Below are positions 1 to 9,647 of a stretch of 64,000 nucleotides of DNA, in pieces (within the stretch, counting starts at the first letter, position 1; the number at the start of each line of letters is the position of its first letter). The notes beneath the pieces are model-generated. The model had not been told where the DNA came from and ran no database searches. It was given only the letters and a program-made list of their open reading frames with translations. The translations under genes were made by a program, and so were the position numbers. Source of the stretch: Chitinophagaceae bacterium (lineage in GTDB: Bacteria > Bacteroidota > Bacteroidia > Chitinophagales > Chitinophagaceae); assembly GCA_016786745.1 (NCBI GenBank), contig JAEUVS010000006.1, positions 3,047 to 67,046 on the forward strand, given 5' to 3'.

Positions 1-112
1 TTACTTCAATAAAGCTTTTACCATTGCTGATAGCTTTATCCATTTCTTCTTTAAGATTTTGCATCTGCGAATTTAGAATTGCCAGGTCGGCCTGGATTTG
101 TTGTTGTTCCAT
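1..112 (-). CDS. hypothetical protein, N-terminal fragment (continues past the left edge)
   Basis: ATG at 112-110 opens a frame (MEQQQIQADLAILNSQMQNLKEEMDKAISNGKSFIEV...) that is still open at position 1. It looks coiled-coil-like. No family recognised. Confidence 0.3.
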   Translation of the reverse strand, partial: MEQQQIQADLAILNSQMQNLKEEMDKAISNGKSFIEV

Positions 113-270
113 TGACGAAAGTTTTTGATTTAATCTTACTTATCGTCAGAACATGGGAGGAAACAAAAATATACCGTCCTTAAGTGGTACTATTGATTTG
201 AAGGCTCAAATCATGAATTGGCTATAAGTGTGAAAGTGTGTTGCAACTATCATGCCCCGATAACTAAAAT

Positions 271-299
271 AAAAAAGGCGTACATCCGCACGCCTTTTT
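271..299. terminator. intrinsic terminator hairpin (GGCGT-N8-ACGCC flanked by an A-run and a T-run)
   Basis: Stem 277-281/290-294, A6 upstream and T5 downstream. On the minus strand it is followed by a U-rich tract, 22 nt after the stop of the 321..524 ORF. Confidence 0.6.
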
Positions 300-320
300 A
301 CTAACCCTTAATAAATCTAA

Positions 321-524
321 CTAGGAAGTCTGCTTGTAAAAACTCCGTGAAAGAAATCTTACACCAAACACTAATGAAACCAACGCCAGCAGATCGAATA
401 AAATTAGTTTCTCCGAAATTTTTACCGGCCAGTTAGCAATTGTGGTGTCGAAAAAAATGGCTATGCCAACTAAAAAAAGAACGACACCAACAAGGAGGTG
501 CTTTTCTGAAATTTTTACCCGCAT
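321..524 (-). CDS. small two-TM membrane protein with internal duplication (hypothetical)
   Basis: 67-aa ORF with an ATG start. Two hydrophobic helices are each preceded by VKISEK. The DNA repeat cYgaaatttttacc occurs at 413-428 and 504-519. A terminator lies just downstream. Confidence 0.4.
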   Translation of the reverse strand: MRVKISEKHLLVGVVLFLVGIAIFFDTTIANWPVKISEKLILFDLLALVSLVFGVRFLSRSFYKQTS

Positions 525-741
525 ACACAGTCAGTTTTGTTAAATGTACGATTTCAGATATAGTGAAAACAACTTTTTCATTGAGGGGATCTACTACAAG
601 CCCTGAATTTAATGCCGCTATTTTTTCCCAACTTTGAAATCACTCCACCAGGGGGAAAAACCCAATTTTCCTTCCATTCAATAACTTACAGATTTTCAAT
701 TCGCTTTTCCCTTTTTCGATGTTTCAACTCGGAGCGGCCAC

Positions 742-773
742 AAAAAAAGGAAGACATCTCTGCCTTCCTTTTT
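742..773 (-). terminator. intrinsic terminator downstream of the TPR gene
   Basis: AAAGGAAG...CTTCCTTT stem (746-771) with a 4-nt loop. On the minus strand it is followed by U7. It lies 19 nt after the stop at 792. Confidence 0.7.
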
Positions 774-791
774 AATTGACAATTAATCTTT

Positions 792-2111
792 TTAATGAAC
801 CTTATCTACATTGTTGAATTTGTCGGTATATACAGCGGCCTGGTCAGCTTTCTGCTGTTGTTCGTAAATCGTGATCAGCAGGTCATAAGAATCTTTGAGG
901 AATTGTTTCTCTTCCATTTTCAATTTACCCTGTCCGCCAAGCAACTTATCGATCTCTACAAACTGTTCAACAGCCTGGTCGAATTTTTTAGTCGATTCAC
1001 CGCGAAGTGTTTCTTTTTCTTTGAGTTGCGCAGGGGTAAGCTTCACATTGCCTTTTGGCCGGATTGCCTTGTTTTTGTTGATGACATCAACTGCCTGGTT
1101 GTAATAGATCTGACCAAGAAGCATGCGTGAGTTCGGATATTTTGCGTCGAGTTCGATGCTCTTCTGAACATTTTGGATAGCCCTGTCAGTGAGCTCTTTT
1201 GAATTCGGTGGACGCTGAGCTGAATCTTCGTTATATGCTGTTTTATACAATTCCACTGCATAGTTATAGTAGAAAATCGGGTTGGTCGGGTTAGCTTTTG
1301 TTACTTCTTCGTATTTAGCAAACAACGCATCCTTATCTCCTTTTTCACTCAGCATATTCACTTCGAAGCCGAGCCAGAAAGGATCATCGGGATATACTTC
1401 CTTTCCGAGCGATGTGAAATGATTTGCTTTTTCAGTATCACCTTTTGTTTTGTAATAGTCGGCGAGCCATTTGTAGATTGACTCATATCCCTGCGCTTTT
1501 GCTTTCGCTTCTGCTATTTTGCTGTAATACATCGCCGCGGTGTCGAGTTTGTTAGCTTTTTCAGCAGAGATGCCGGCATAAAGAACAGAAACGGTATCGA
1601 GTGTTATGCCGCTTGTCCATCCTTCGTTGGCAAGAACGTCAAACACATCGAGAGAACCCTGAAACCCCGTGAACGCATCATTGAAATTTCCGGCGTTGTA
1701 ATAGCTCGCTGCCTGTTTAGAATATGCCGAATAAAGATCTGTGAGGGGCTTCCTGTTGTCTATTGTCATCAGCAAATATCTCTTGGTAGAATCCTTCACT
1801 CCTTTTTCGAGTTCAAGATATTTTTTCAGCGCTTCCATCGCTTCGGTTTTTGCTTGCGGAACAGATGCCTGTGCAACGGAATCCACTGCGATGGCCGAAT
1901 AGACTTTACCTTTTAGATACCAGGCTTCAGAATTGTTTTTATTCTTTTCATTCGCAAGGAAGTTGTCTATTTCAGTCCTCGCTTCGTTGTATTTCTGTTT
2001 TCCAAGCAGATCTTTTGCCTTATCAAGTTTTTGGGCAAACAAACCGGCACTTACAGAAACAAGCAGTAGTGAAAGAAAAAGAGTTTTCATGCTTGTCGTG
2101 CTTGCTTTCAT
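792..2111 (-). CDS. secreted tetratricopeptide-repeat protein
   Basis: 439-aa ORF with a signal peptide (MKTLFLSLLLVSVSAGLFAQ) and repeated TPR-like A/Y/L patterns. It lies immediately downstream of gyrA on the same strand. An alternative ATG is at 2090. Confidence 0.8.
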   Translation of the reverse strand: MKASTTSMKTLFLSLLLVSVSAGLFAQKLDKAKDLLGKQKYNEARTEIDNFLANEKNKNNSEAWYLKGKVYSAIAVDSVAQASVPQAKTEAMEALKKYLELEKGVKDSTKRYLLMTIDNRKPLTDLYSAYSKQAASYYNAGNFNDAFTGFQGSLDVFDVLANEGWTSGITLDTVSVLYAGISAEKANKLDTAAMYYSKIAEAKAKAQGYESIYKWLADYYKTKGDTEKANHFTSLGKEVYPDDPFWLGFEVNMLSEKGDKDALFAKYEEVTKANPTNPIFYYNYAVELYKTAYNEDSAQRPPNSKELTDRAIQNVQKSIELDAKYPNSRMLLGQIYYNQAVDVINKNKAIRPKGNVKLTPAQLKEKETLRGESTKKFDQAVEQFVEIDKLLGGQGKLKMEEKQFLKDSYDLLITIYEQQQKADQAAVYTDKFNNVDKVH

Positions 2112-2148
2112 GTTTTATTTGTTGTCGTATTTTAAAAAATAAAAATTG

Positions 2149-4746
2149 CTATTGGTTGTCTTCACCAGATGCTTCCGGGGTTGTTCCGGTTGCCTGGTCG
2201 TTGTTATTTAACAGGTCTGGACTACCGATTTCTCCCGGGATATTTATTTCCTGCTGCTCCTGGTCGTGGATGTCGAGCTTGGTGATTGCAGCTATTTCAT
2301 CGCCATCATCGAGGCGGATCAATTTTACACCCTGTGTTGCCCTGCCCTGCGCGCTGATGCTGGAAACGCCCATCCTGATCGTTATTCCACTTCTGCAGGT
2401 TATCATCAGGTCTTCTTTTGGTGTTACCTCCAGGATGCCTACCAGCGGACCGGTTTTATTGGTGATATTGATGGTTTTTACTCCTTTTCCACCCCTGTTC
2501 GTTACCCTGTATTCTTCTATTTCAGTTCTCTTGCCGAACCCTTTCTCACTAACCACCAGCACCGTTTTGGATTTATCTTCCGTGTTGACACATATCATGC
2601 CAACCACTTCATCGTTGTCGTCTTCAACTTCTATACCAGCTACGCCAATAGCGCCGCGGCCGGTGGGACGAACTTTTGACTCAGGGAACCGGATCGCCCT
2701 GCCCGATTTAACGGCCATCATTATTTCGCACTGACCGTCAGTGATCTTCGCATCGAGCAGTTCATCGCCGGGATTAATTGTAATGGCATTCACGCCTGTC
2801 TGGCGCGGCCTGCTGAATTCTTCGAGGAGGGTTTTTTTGATCACTCCCTTCTTTGTACACAGGACAATATTATGACTATTTACAAAATCCTTGTCTGCAA
2901 AATCTTTTACATCGATAATTGCCCGCACTTTGTCGTCTGGCGGAATCTGTATAAGGTTCTGAATAGCCCTTCCCTTGCTGCTTTTCTCGCCTTCCGGTAT
3001 CTGGTAGATGTTAAGCCAGTAGCAGCGGCCCTTTTCAGTAAAGAAGAGCATCGTATGGTGGCTTGAGGCCACAAAAAGGTGTTCGATATAGTCTTCTTCG
3101 CGGGTTTTGCCACCTATCGCTCCCCTTCCGCCACGGCGTTGCTGCCGGAATTCGGTAGCAGATGTACGCTTGATATAACCGAGGTGTGAGATGGTGATCA
3201 CCACATCTTCTTCCTTGATGAGGTCTTTAATGCTCACTTCGTCGTCGAGGTAGGTTATCTCCGTTCTACGGGCATCGCCGAATTTTTCTTTTACTTCAGC
3301 AAGTTCAGACTTGATTACTTCATAACGTTTGCCTTCGTCGCCGAGAAGATCTTTCAGGTAGGCGATCAGCTTCATCAATTCATCATATTCTTCCCTGATC
3401 TTTTCGCGTTCCATGCCGGTGAGGCGCTGGAGGCGTAATTCGAGGATGGCCTTGGCCTGTATTTCATCGAGGCCCCACCCTGCGTTGATAAGGTTTTCTT
3501 TCGCTTTTTCAGGTGTTTCTGATGACCTGATAAGCGCTATTACTTCGTCGAGATGGTCGAGAGCTATAAGGTAACCCTGAAGGATATGCGCTTTTTTCTC
3601 TGCTTCTTTCAGTTCGAACTGGGTTCTGCGCACCACTACTTCGTGCCTGAACTCAACGAATTCGCTGATCATGTCTTTTATGTTCAGCGTTTTCGGGCGG
3701 CCCTTTACAAGGGCGACGTTGTTAATACCGAAAGATGTTTGAAGTTCTGTGTATTTATACAACTGGTTAACGATGACGTTCGAGATAGCGTCTCTCTTGA
3801 GGTCTATCACGATCCTCGTTCCTTCCTTGGCGTTCGATTCGTTGTTGACATGGGCGATGCCTTCAATTACTTTATCGTTCACAAGCTGGCCTATGCGGTC
3901 GCAGAGCGAGTCGCGGCTCACCTGGTAAGGCACTTCGGTGATGATAATAGTTTCGCGGCCGCTGGCTTTGGTGTCTATGTGCAGTTTTCCGCGGAGCACC
4001 ACTCTCCCACGTCCGAAATGCATGGCCGCTTTCACGCCTTCCATCCCGTAGATGATTCCGCCTGTAGGAAAATCAGGGGCCTTGATATGTTTCATCATCT
4101 CTTCGACGGTGATTTCACGGTTATCAATATACGCGATACATCCGTCGATTACTTCAGAGAGGTTATGGGGAAGAATGTTGGTGGCCATTCCCACTGCAAT
4201 ACCCGACGATCCGTTGATGAGAAGGTTGGGAATTCTTGTGGGAAGGACGGAGGGTTCTTCGAGAGAATCATCGAAATTCAGCTGAAAATCTACCGTGTCT
4301 TTTTCGATATCCATCAGCATGCTTTCGGCCATTCTTTCGAGGCGCGCTTCTGTGTAACGCATTGCCGCGGGCCCGTCGCCGTCCTGGCTGCCGAAGTTGC
4401 CCTGTTTATCGATAAGGGTATAACGCATGTTCCATTCCTGGGCCATGCGAACCATGGAATCGTAAACCGATTTGTCGCCGTGCGGGTGGTACTTACCAAG
4501 TACCTCTCCCACTATTCTTGCGGATTTCTTATAGGGCCGGTTGTAGCTTATGCCCAGTTCGTTCATGGCATGCAGAACGCGGCGGTGAACGGGTTTAAAG
4601 CCGTCGCGAACATCCGGAAGAGCACGTCCAACGATCACCGACATAGAGTAATCTATGTAGGCTGTCTTCATTTGTTCTTCTATGTTCACTGGGTGTATTC
4701 GGTCGCTATCGTTAGTCTGTTCCGGAGTGAGATTGTTCTCGTCCAT
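2149..4746 (-). CDS. gyrA: DNA gyrase subunit A
   Basis: 865 aa. N-terminal GyrA signature including AAMRYTEARL (catalytic Tyr). Has the HPHGD motif and C-terminal beta-pinwheel repeats. Confidence 0.98.
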   Translation of the reverse strand: MDENNLTPEQTNDSDRIHPVNIEEQMKTAYIDYSMSVIVGRALPDVRDGFKPVHRRVLHAMNELGISYNRPYKKSARIVGEVLGKYHPHGDKSVYDSMVRMAQEWNMRYTLIDKQGNFGSQDGDGPAAMRYTEARLERMAESMLMDIEKDTVDFQLNFDDSLEEPSVLPTRIPNLLINGSSGIAVGMATNILPHNLSEVIDGCIAYIDNREITVEEMMKHIKAPDFPTGGIIYGMEGVKAAMHFGRGRVVLRGKLHIDTKASGRETIIITEVPYQVSRDSLCDRIGQLVNDKVIEGIAHVNNESNAKEGTRIVIDLKRDAISNVIVNQLYKYTELQTSFGINNVALVKGRPKTLNIKDMISEFVEFRHEVVVRRTQFELKEAEKKAHILQGYLIALDHLDEVIALIRSSETPEKAKENLINAGWGLDEIQAKAILELRLQRLTGMEREKIREEYDELMKLIAYLKDLLGDEGKRYEVIKSELAEVKEKFGDARRTEITYLDDEVSIKDLIKEEDVVITISHLGYIKRTSATEFRQQRRGGRGAIGGKTREEDYIEHLFVASSHHTMLFFTEKGRCYWLNIYQIPEGEKSSKGRAIQNLIQIPPDDKVRAIIDVKDFADKDFVNSHNIVLCTKKGVIKKTLLEEFSRPRQTGVNAITINPGDELLDAKITDGQCEIMMAVKSGRAIRFPESKVRPTGRGAIGVAGIEVEDDNDEVVGMICVNTEDKSKTVLVVSEKGFGKRTEIEEYRVTNRGGKGVKTINITNKTGPLVGILEVTPKEDLMITCRSGITIRMGVSSISAQGRATQGVKLIRLDDGDEIAAITKLDIHDQEQQEINIPGEIGSPDLLNNNDQATGTTPEASGEDNQ

Positions 4747-4831
4747 TTGATGTTATTAGGCTTTGTTTTTCAATGAATTCCTGCGGTAAACGGAGGAATG
4801 CAAATGTACCCATTTCATAGGGAAAAACCAT

Positions 4832-4944
4832 AAAAAAGGAGAGGGAAGAAGGGAGAAGGGAGAAGTATTTTTTTTCAGCATATTCAGTTATAGATTTTAT
4901 CGGTTTACTCCTCTTCCCTTTCCCCTCTCACCGCTCCCTTCTTT
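4832..4944. repeat. homopurine arm / AT-rich loop / homopyrimidine arm inverted repeat (copy 1)
   Basis: 34-nt all-purine run at 4832-4865. Pyrimidine-rich arm at 4908-4944. 4910-4928 is the exact reverse complement of 27570-27588. Confidence 0.6.
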
Positions 4945-5001
4945 AACTTCCTCTTAGCGTCTTATCATCTAACTTTAGTTCTTACAACACCCTTAAATTT
5001 T

Positions 5002-6237
5002 ATGAACAAGTACCTGTTGTTACGTGATAACAAACAATCCGGTCCTTATACTGTTCCAGAAATCATAGAAATTGGTATTAAACCATACGACCTCGTATGG
5101 CTCGAGGGAAAAAGCGCCGCCTGGCGCTACCCCAGCGAAGTCGAAGAACTGAAAGCATACGCGCCTACCGTAGAGGAACAACCATTCGACAGGTTCTACA
5201 AAACCCGCGAAGCAATTTTACAGAACGAAAAACAGAAAGAGAGCGAGAGCGTGGCGACAGTTGCGATAGCGCAGCATTCACCTTACGAACCAAAAGTATC
5301 GGAAGAAGCAACACCGCAGGAAGAATATATCCCCCGCAAAAAAGTGTACATCAACTTCCCAGGGAACAGTCAGCCCGCGATAAAAAAACCAACACCCGCA
5401 CCCGTAAAGGAAGTGATTGCCGCAACAACATTCGCTGCCAACACTCCCACTTTCGAAAAACCGGCTGAAAGACTTCCCGTTCAGCGTGCCGGCAAAAAAG
5501 CTGTTGAAAAAAAATATTTCATCTATGCTGCCGCTGCAGCGTCCGTACTTCTTCTTGGATTTATTGCCGTTTTGCTCGTCAATAACAGCGGACAAAAGAA
5601 ACGCCTGCAGGAACTCAATACAATCGTCAAACAAATCCAGGATAAAAACAACAACATTACCCAGGTAAAGAATGTTCAACCTGCGCCTGGGCCCGAACAA
5701 ACAGCGGAAACAATTATCAACCCGGAATTGCTGAGGTTGAATGAATCAGGAACACCTGCACAGCCCGCGGATCATAAACCATCACAGAATACAGCAGGTA
5801 TAATTCCCTCTCCTGCTAACAACAAACCGGCAACCGAAACACCAGCCGTCGTAACACCGGAAGGCAACGGAAGACCTGTGATGAGACGCGCGGAGAAGTC
5901 TGCAACAACTCCAGGAGGTGACGAAGAAAAGTCCGCAACTGCAAACACTGCTCCCACTGAAAACCTGTTTAAGCAGGTGGATATTCAACCGGGAAGATAT
6001 AAAGTAGGAATGCTCGGCGGTATTTCCAATCTCACACTCGTACTCACCAATAACAGTAACCGCGAATTGCATAAAGTTGTCGTGCAGGTCAAATACCTGG
6101 GCCCCGAGAAAAAAGTAGTTAACACGCAAACCGTTTACTTCGAAAACGTAGCACCCGGCGCACAATCCACCATTGAGGTTCCGAAGAGCAAAAGAGGTGT
6201 AACGATCGACTACACGATTACAGACATAAAAAGTTAG
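5002..6237 (+). CDS. GYF_2 (DUF4339) domain membrane protein
   Basis: 411 aa. N-terminal GPYTVPEIIEIGIKPYDLVWLEGKSAAWRYPSEVEEL fits the GYF-2 pattern. Then a low-complexity linker, one TM segment (YAAAAASVLLLGFIAVLLV) and a C-terminal beta-rich domain. Confidence 0.7.
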   Translation: MNKYLLLRDNKQSGPYTVPEIIEIGIKPYDLVWLEGKSAAWRYPSEVEELKAYAPTVEEQPFDRFYKTREAILQNEKQKESESVATVAIAQHSPYEPKVSEEATPQEEYIPRKKVYINFPGNSQPAIKKPTPAPVKEVIAATTFAANTPTFEKPAERLPVQRAGKKAVEKKYFIYAAAAASVLLLGFIAVLLVNNSGQKKRLQELNTIVKQIQDKNNNITQVKNVQPAPGPEQTAETIINPELLRLNESGTPAQPADHKPSQNTAGIIPSPANNKPATETPAVVTPEGNGRPVMRRAEKSATTPGGDEEKSATANTAPTENLFKQVDIQPGRYKVGMLGGISNLTLVLTNNSNRELHKVVVQVKYLGPEKKVVNTQTVYFENVAPGAQSTIEVPKSKRGVTIDYTITDIKS

Positions 6238-6261
6238 TCTCTTTACCCCTTTCCACTTACA

Positions 6262-7785
6262 TTGCAGTTTCAAAATAATTCGCGTGGTTTGAAACAAATT
6301 GTACTTTTTGGCGCTGGTAAATCAAGTACTTTTTTGATTGAATATCTTGTTCAGCAGTTGTCGAAAAATAACTGGCAGCTCACCGTGCTCGACGCGAATG
6401 AACAGGCCGCCAGGGAAAAGATTGGCGACGCTGTTAACGCCTCTGCTGCTGCGTTAAATGTAGAAGACGACGACGAAAGAAATTCATATATACGCAGTGC
6501 AGATATTGTTATTTCCCTGCTTCCACCCGCATTGCATTATCACGTTGCATTGTCGTGCATTCAGTTTGATAAGGATTTGCTCACCGCTTCTTATGTTGAT
6601 GCTAAAATGGAGGCGCTGAGAAATGAAATAAACAACAGGGGATTACTTTTTCTTTGCGAAATGGGCCTCGACCCCGGTATCGATCACATGAGTGCGATGC
6701 AGATTATACACCGGCTGAAAAAACAAGACGCCACTGTAACTTCTTTCAAATCCCATTGCGGCGGATTGATCGCGCCGGAAAGTGATGACAACCCGTGGAG
6801 ACATAAAATCAGCTGGAATCCCAAAAATATTATTCTCGCCGGCAAAAGCGGTGCGATGTATCGCGAAAACGATTACGAAAAAGTATTACTCTATGAAGAG
6901 CTTTTCGATCCCGCAAGGCTGGTAAATGTTCCGGGCTTTGGCGCCCTCGCATGGTATCCGAACAGGGATTCACTTCCATACATAGGGACTTATGATATAG
7001 ACAGCGCTCATAATTTCGTGCGCACAACACTTCGCTATCCTGAATTTTGTTTTGGTTGGAAGAATGTCGTGGAACTGAAATTAACAGATGAAACAGTTGA
7101 ATACGATACGGATGGAATGTCGCTGAAACGTTTTTTCCAGGCGCATCTTAACCGACACGGTTTTTCTGAATGGATAGAAAAGCAGCTCACGAGCAGGTTC
7201 ATCCAAACAAAAACATTACTCGAAAAGTTGCAGCAAATATTGAATGCCGAAGAAGAAGCGGATGAAGAACAAATGAGGGAATTGCGTGAGTTTATGCTTG
7301 TCGACAACCATGGTCAGTTGCTCGACATCAACCTCGAAGAAGTAAAGACAACAGCGGCGGCCACGGTGGCGGGACAAATGCATGAAGCCAACCTCGCTAT
7401 AAGGCAGTTACTTTTTCTTGGCCTCGACGATGATAAGACAATCATCAACAAGGGTAGATGCAGTGCTGCGACCGTTTTACAGTTCGCCGTAGAAAAGAAG
7501 CTTGCATTAAAACCGCATGACCGGGATATGATTGTAATGCTGCACGAAATTGAATACGAGAATGACGGGGTCAAAGGCACAATCAACAGCAGTTTGATTT
7601 TGAAAGGTGAAGATGAAGTGCGCACAGCGATGGCAAAAACCGTTGGATTGCCGTTGGGTATTGCCGCGAAATTAATTTTGCAGGGAAAGATAAAGTTGAA
7701 AGGACTTCACATTCCTATCATACCGGAAATATATGAACCCGTTTTGAATGAGTTGAGGGAACACGGAATCATTTTCGAAGAATAG
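6262..7785 (+). CDS. saccharopine dehydrogenase family oxidoreductase
   Basis: Rossmann motif VLFGAGKSS at the N-terminus and a C-terminal saccharopine-dehydrogenase-like region. The start is uncertain: TTG at 6262, or TTG at 6289 giving MKQIVLFGAGKS. Confidence 0.8.
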   Translation: MQFQNNSRGLKQIVLFGAGKSSTFLIEYLVQQLSKNNWQLTVLDANEQAAREKIGDAVNASAAALNVEDDDERNSYIRSADIVISLLPPALHYHVALSCIQFDKDLLTASYVDAKMEALRNEINNRGLLFLCEMGLDPGIDHMSAMQIIHRLKKQDATVTSFKSHCGGLIAPESDDNPWRHKISWNPKNIILAGKSGAMYRENDYEKVLLYEELFDPARLVNVPGFGALAWYPNRDSLPYIGTYDIDSAHNFVRTTLRYPEFCFGWKNVVELKLTDETVEYDTDGMSLKRFFQAHLNRHGFSEWIEKQLTSRFIQTKTLLEKLQQILNAEEEADEEQMRELREFMLVDNHGQLLDINLEEVKTTAAATVAGQMHEANLAIRQLLFLGLDDDKTIINKGRCSAATVLQFAVEKKLALKPHDRDMIVMLHEIEYENDGVKGTINSSLILKGEDEVRTAMAKTVGLPLGIAAKLILQGKIKLKGLHIPIIPEIYEPVLNELREHGIIFEE

Positions 7786-8199
7786 CTACTCTTCTTTTTC
7801 CGACATCTTCATAATAATATCCCATTCTTTATCTGAAACAGGGCCCACACTCAGCCGGCTGATTCTTACCAGCGCCATATCTTTCAGACCAGAATGCGCT
7901 TTAATTCTCTTCAGGCTCACGGGATGTTTTAATTTCCGGCCCACCTTTAGTTCCACGGCCGACCAGGTATCGTCATCGGCGGTTGGATCCGGGAACGCTT
8001 CTTTTGAAACTTTTGCCGTTCCTATCACCGCTGTTTCCTCCATGCTGTAATAAACGAAAACCTCCTCGCCTTTTTTCATCGAACGAAGATGATTTCTTGC
8101 GGCGTAGTTTCTTACGCCATCCCATGTGGTTGTTCCATCTTTTTTGAATTGTTCCCAGGAGTACACTGAGGGTTCAACTTTTACAAGCCAGTGAGCCAT
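7786..8199 (-). CDS. EVE (PUA-like) domain protein
   Basis: 137 aa. HWLVKVEPSVYSWEQF...WDGVRNYAARNHLRSMKKGE is typical of stand-alone EVE/DUF55 proteins. Confidence 0.88.
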   Translation of the reverse strand: MAHWLVKVEPSVYSWEQFKKDGTTTWDGVRNYAARNHLRSMKKGEEVFVYYSMEETAVIGTAKVSKEAFPDPTADDDTWSAVELKVGRKLKHPVSLKRIKAHSGLKDMALVRISRLSVGPVSDKEWDIIMKMSEKEE

Positions 8200-8294
8200 T
8201 TGAATTCTTTTATGTCAAATATAAATCTAATGCTTTTTGTACTCCGTAAATGAAAATGCATGCCGGCAATTTTCTTAACCATTAACTATTTAAT

Positions 8295-8852
8295 ATGAAA
8301 CTTTTCAAAAAGTTAAGCATGGTGGTAATTGCTGCCGGCTTAATGAACGTATCTTTTTCACAGGAAAAAACGGTTGAAGTAGGCGGTGCGGCAATGTACC
8401 CTTCAAAGAATATTGTTGAGAACGCGATGAACTCTAAGGATCACACAACACTTGTGGCTGCGGTGAAAGCGGCGGGTCTTGTCGAAACGCTCCAGGGCAG
8501 TGGGCCGTTTACGGTGTTCGCTCCTACCAATTCCGCTTTCGGAAAACTTCCGGAAGGTACAGTCGATAAATTGCTGATGCCGGAAAACAAATCGATGCTT
8601 TCAGGTGTGCTTACATACCATGTGGTGGCGGGTAAATACGACAGCAAAGAAATCGCTTCTCTTATCAAAGCAGGAAATGGAAAGGCGGAGTTAACTACAG
8701 TAGAGGGTGGTAAACTTTGGTTGTGGATGAAGGGCGGCAGTCTGATGATACAGGATGAGAAAGGTGGCAAGGCGACGGTAACTATTAAGGATGTATATCA
8801 GAGCAACGGGGTGATACATGTAATTGACGCGGTTGTGATGCCGCAGGGTTAA
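8295..8852 (+). CDS. fasciclin (FAS1) domain protein, secreted
   Basis: Signal peptide, with the FTVFAPTNSAF and NGVIHVIDAVVMP FAS1 motifs. Confidence 0.9.
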   Translation: MKLFKKLSMVVIAAGLMNVSFSQEKTVEVGGAAMYPSKNIVENAMNSKDHTTLVAAVKAAGLVETLQGSGPFTVFAPTNSAFGKLPEGTVDKLLMPENKSMLSGVLTYHVVAGKYDSKEIASLIKAGNGKAELTTVEGGKLWLWMKGGSLMIQDEKGGKATVTIKDVYQSNGVIHVIDAVVMPQG

Positions 8853-8888
8853 GATGTGGTGGTGTTACCCGGGCAGAAATGCTCATTA

Positions 8889-8911
8889 GGCCAGCGAAAG
8901 CTGGCCTTTTT
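8889..8911 (+). terminator. intrinsic terminator after the fasciclin gene
   Basis: GGCCAGC-GAAA-GCTGGCC followed by T5, 37 nt after the stop. Confidence 0.75.
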
Positions 8912-8921
8912 GTTAGCTTTT

Positions 8922-9641
8922 TTACCATCCACTCGCCAGCACATCCACAATATGAATCGTTTTTATATCGATCCCCTTTTTCCTGATATACCCATCCAAA
9001 TGCATCAGACATGAATGATCTGTGGACACAATATACTTCCCACCGGTAGCTACCGCATTCAACGCTTTCTGATCGGCCATACCAATAGAAATAGGCTCAA
9101 ACTTCACCGCAAATGTCCCTCCAAATCCACAACACGTTTCCACATCATTCATTTCAACTAATTCCAACCCTTTTACTTTTTCAAGTAATGCCCGCGGTTC
9201 TTTTTTCAGGCCGCATTCCCGTAGCGCCGCGCATGAATCATGATAAGTAACAGACGCCTCAAACCTGGATCCGAAGTTTTCGAAATGCAAAACGTTGACG
9301 AGAAAATCAGTGAGCTCATAAATTCTTTTCCCGAGATTTTTTACATCCCTGTGCAGAGAAGAATCTCCGAACATTTTCATGTAATAATTTCGCACGAAGC
9401 CAACACACGAAGCACTCGGCGCAATGATATAGTCGGCGCCGTTGAAGTCTTTGATGAATTTGGTACAAACCTCTTTCGAATCGTCCCTGAAGCCTGCATT
9501 AAAAGCAGGCTGGCCACAACAGGTTTGCTCTGTATTGTATTCTACCCGGCACCCGGCTTTTTCCAGGAGCTTTACCATGTTGAAAGCGGTTTGCGGATAA
9601 AGCTGATCAACAAAGCAGGGAATGAAAAGTTGAACGGTCAT
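8922..9641 (-). CDS. (Fe-S)-binding CCG-domain protein, LutA-like
   Basis: 239 aa with two cysteine-rich CCG motifs (EQTCCGQPAFNAG and VETCCGFGGTFAVK). No lutB/lutC partner is adjacent. Confidence 0.85.
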   Translation of the reverse strand: MTVQLFIPCFVDQLYPQTAFNMVKLLEKAGCRVEYNTEQTCCGQPAFNAGFRDDSKEVCTKFIKDFNGADYIIAPSASCVGFVRNYYMKMFGDSSLHRDVKNLGKRIYELTDFLVNVLHFENFGSRFEASVTYHDSCAALRECGLKKEPRALLEKVKGLELVEMNDVETCCGFGGTFAVKFEPISIGMADQKALNAVATGGKYIVSTDHSCLMHLDGYIRKKGIDIKTIHIVDVLASGW

Positions 9642-9647
9642 TTATTG

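Noticed and set aside
440-637. 65-aa plus-strand ORF overlapping the 321..524 membrane ORF.
   Set aside because: It is Lys/Arg/Cys-rich and looks antisense-derived. The minus-strand ORF has TM helices and a matching terminator.
3553-4776. Long antisense ORFs opposite well-supported genes: 3553..4776 and 1850..2734 (opposite gyrA/TPR), 11377..11982 (pdhA), 5782..6297, 60785..61507 (phosphoglucomutase), 37292..37867.
   Set aside because: They are shadow frames of strongly conserved genes on the other strand. Their translations are low-complexity, Cys/Arg/His-rich, and show no recognisable motifs.
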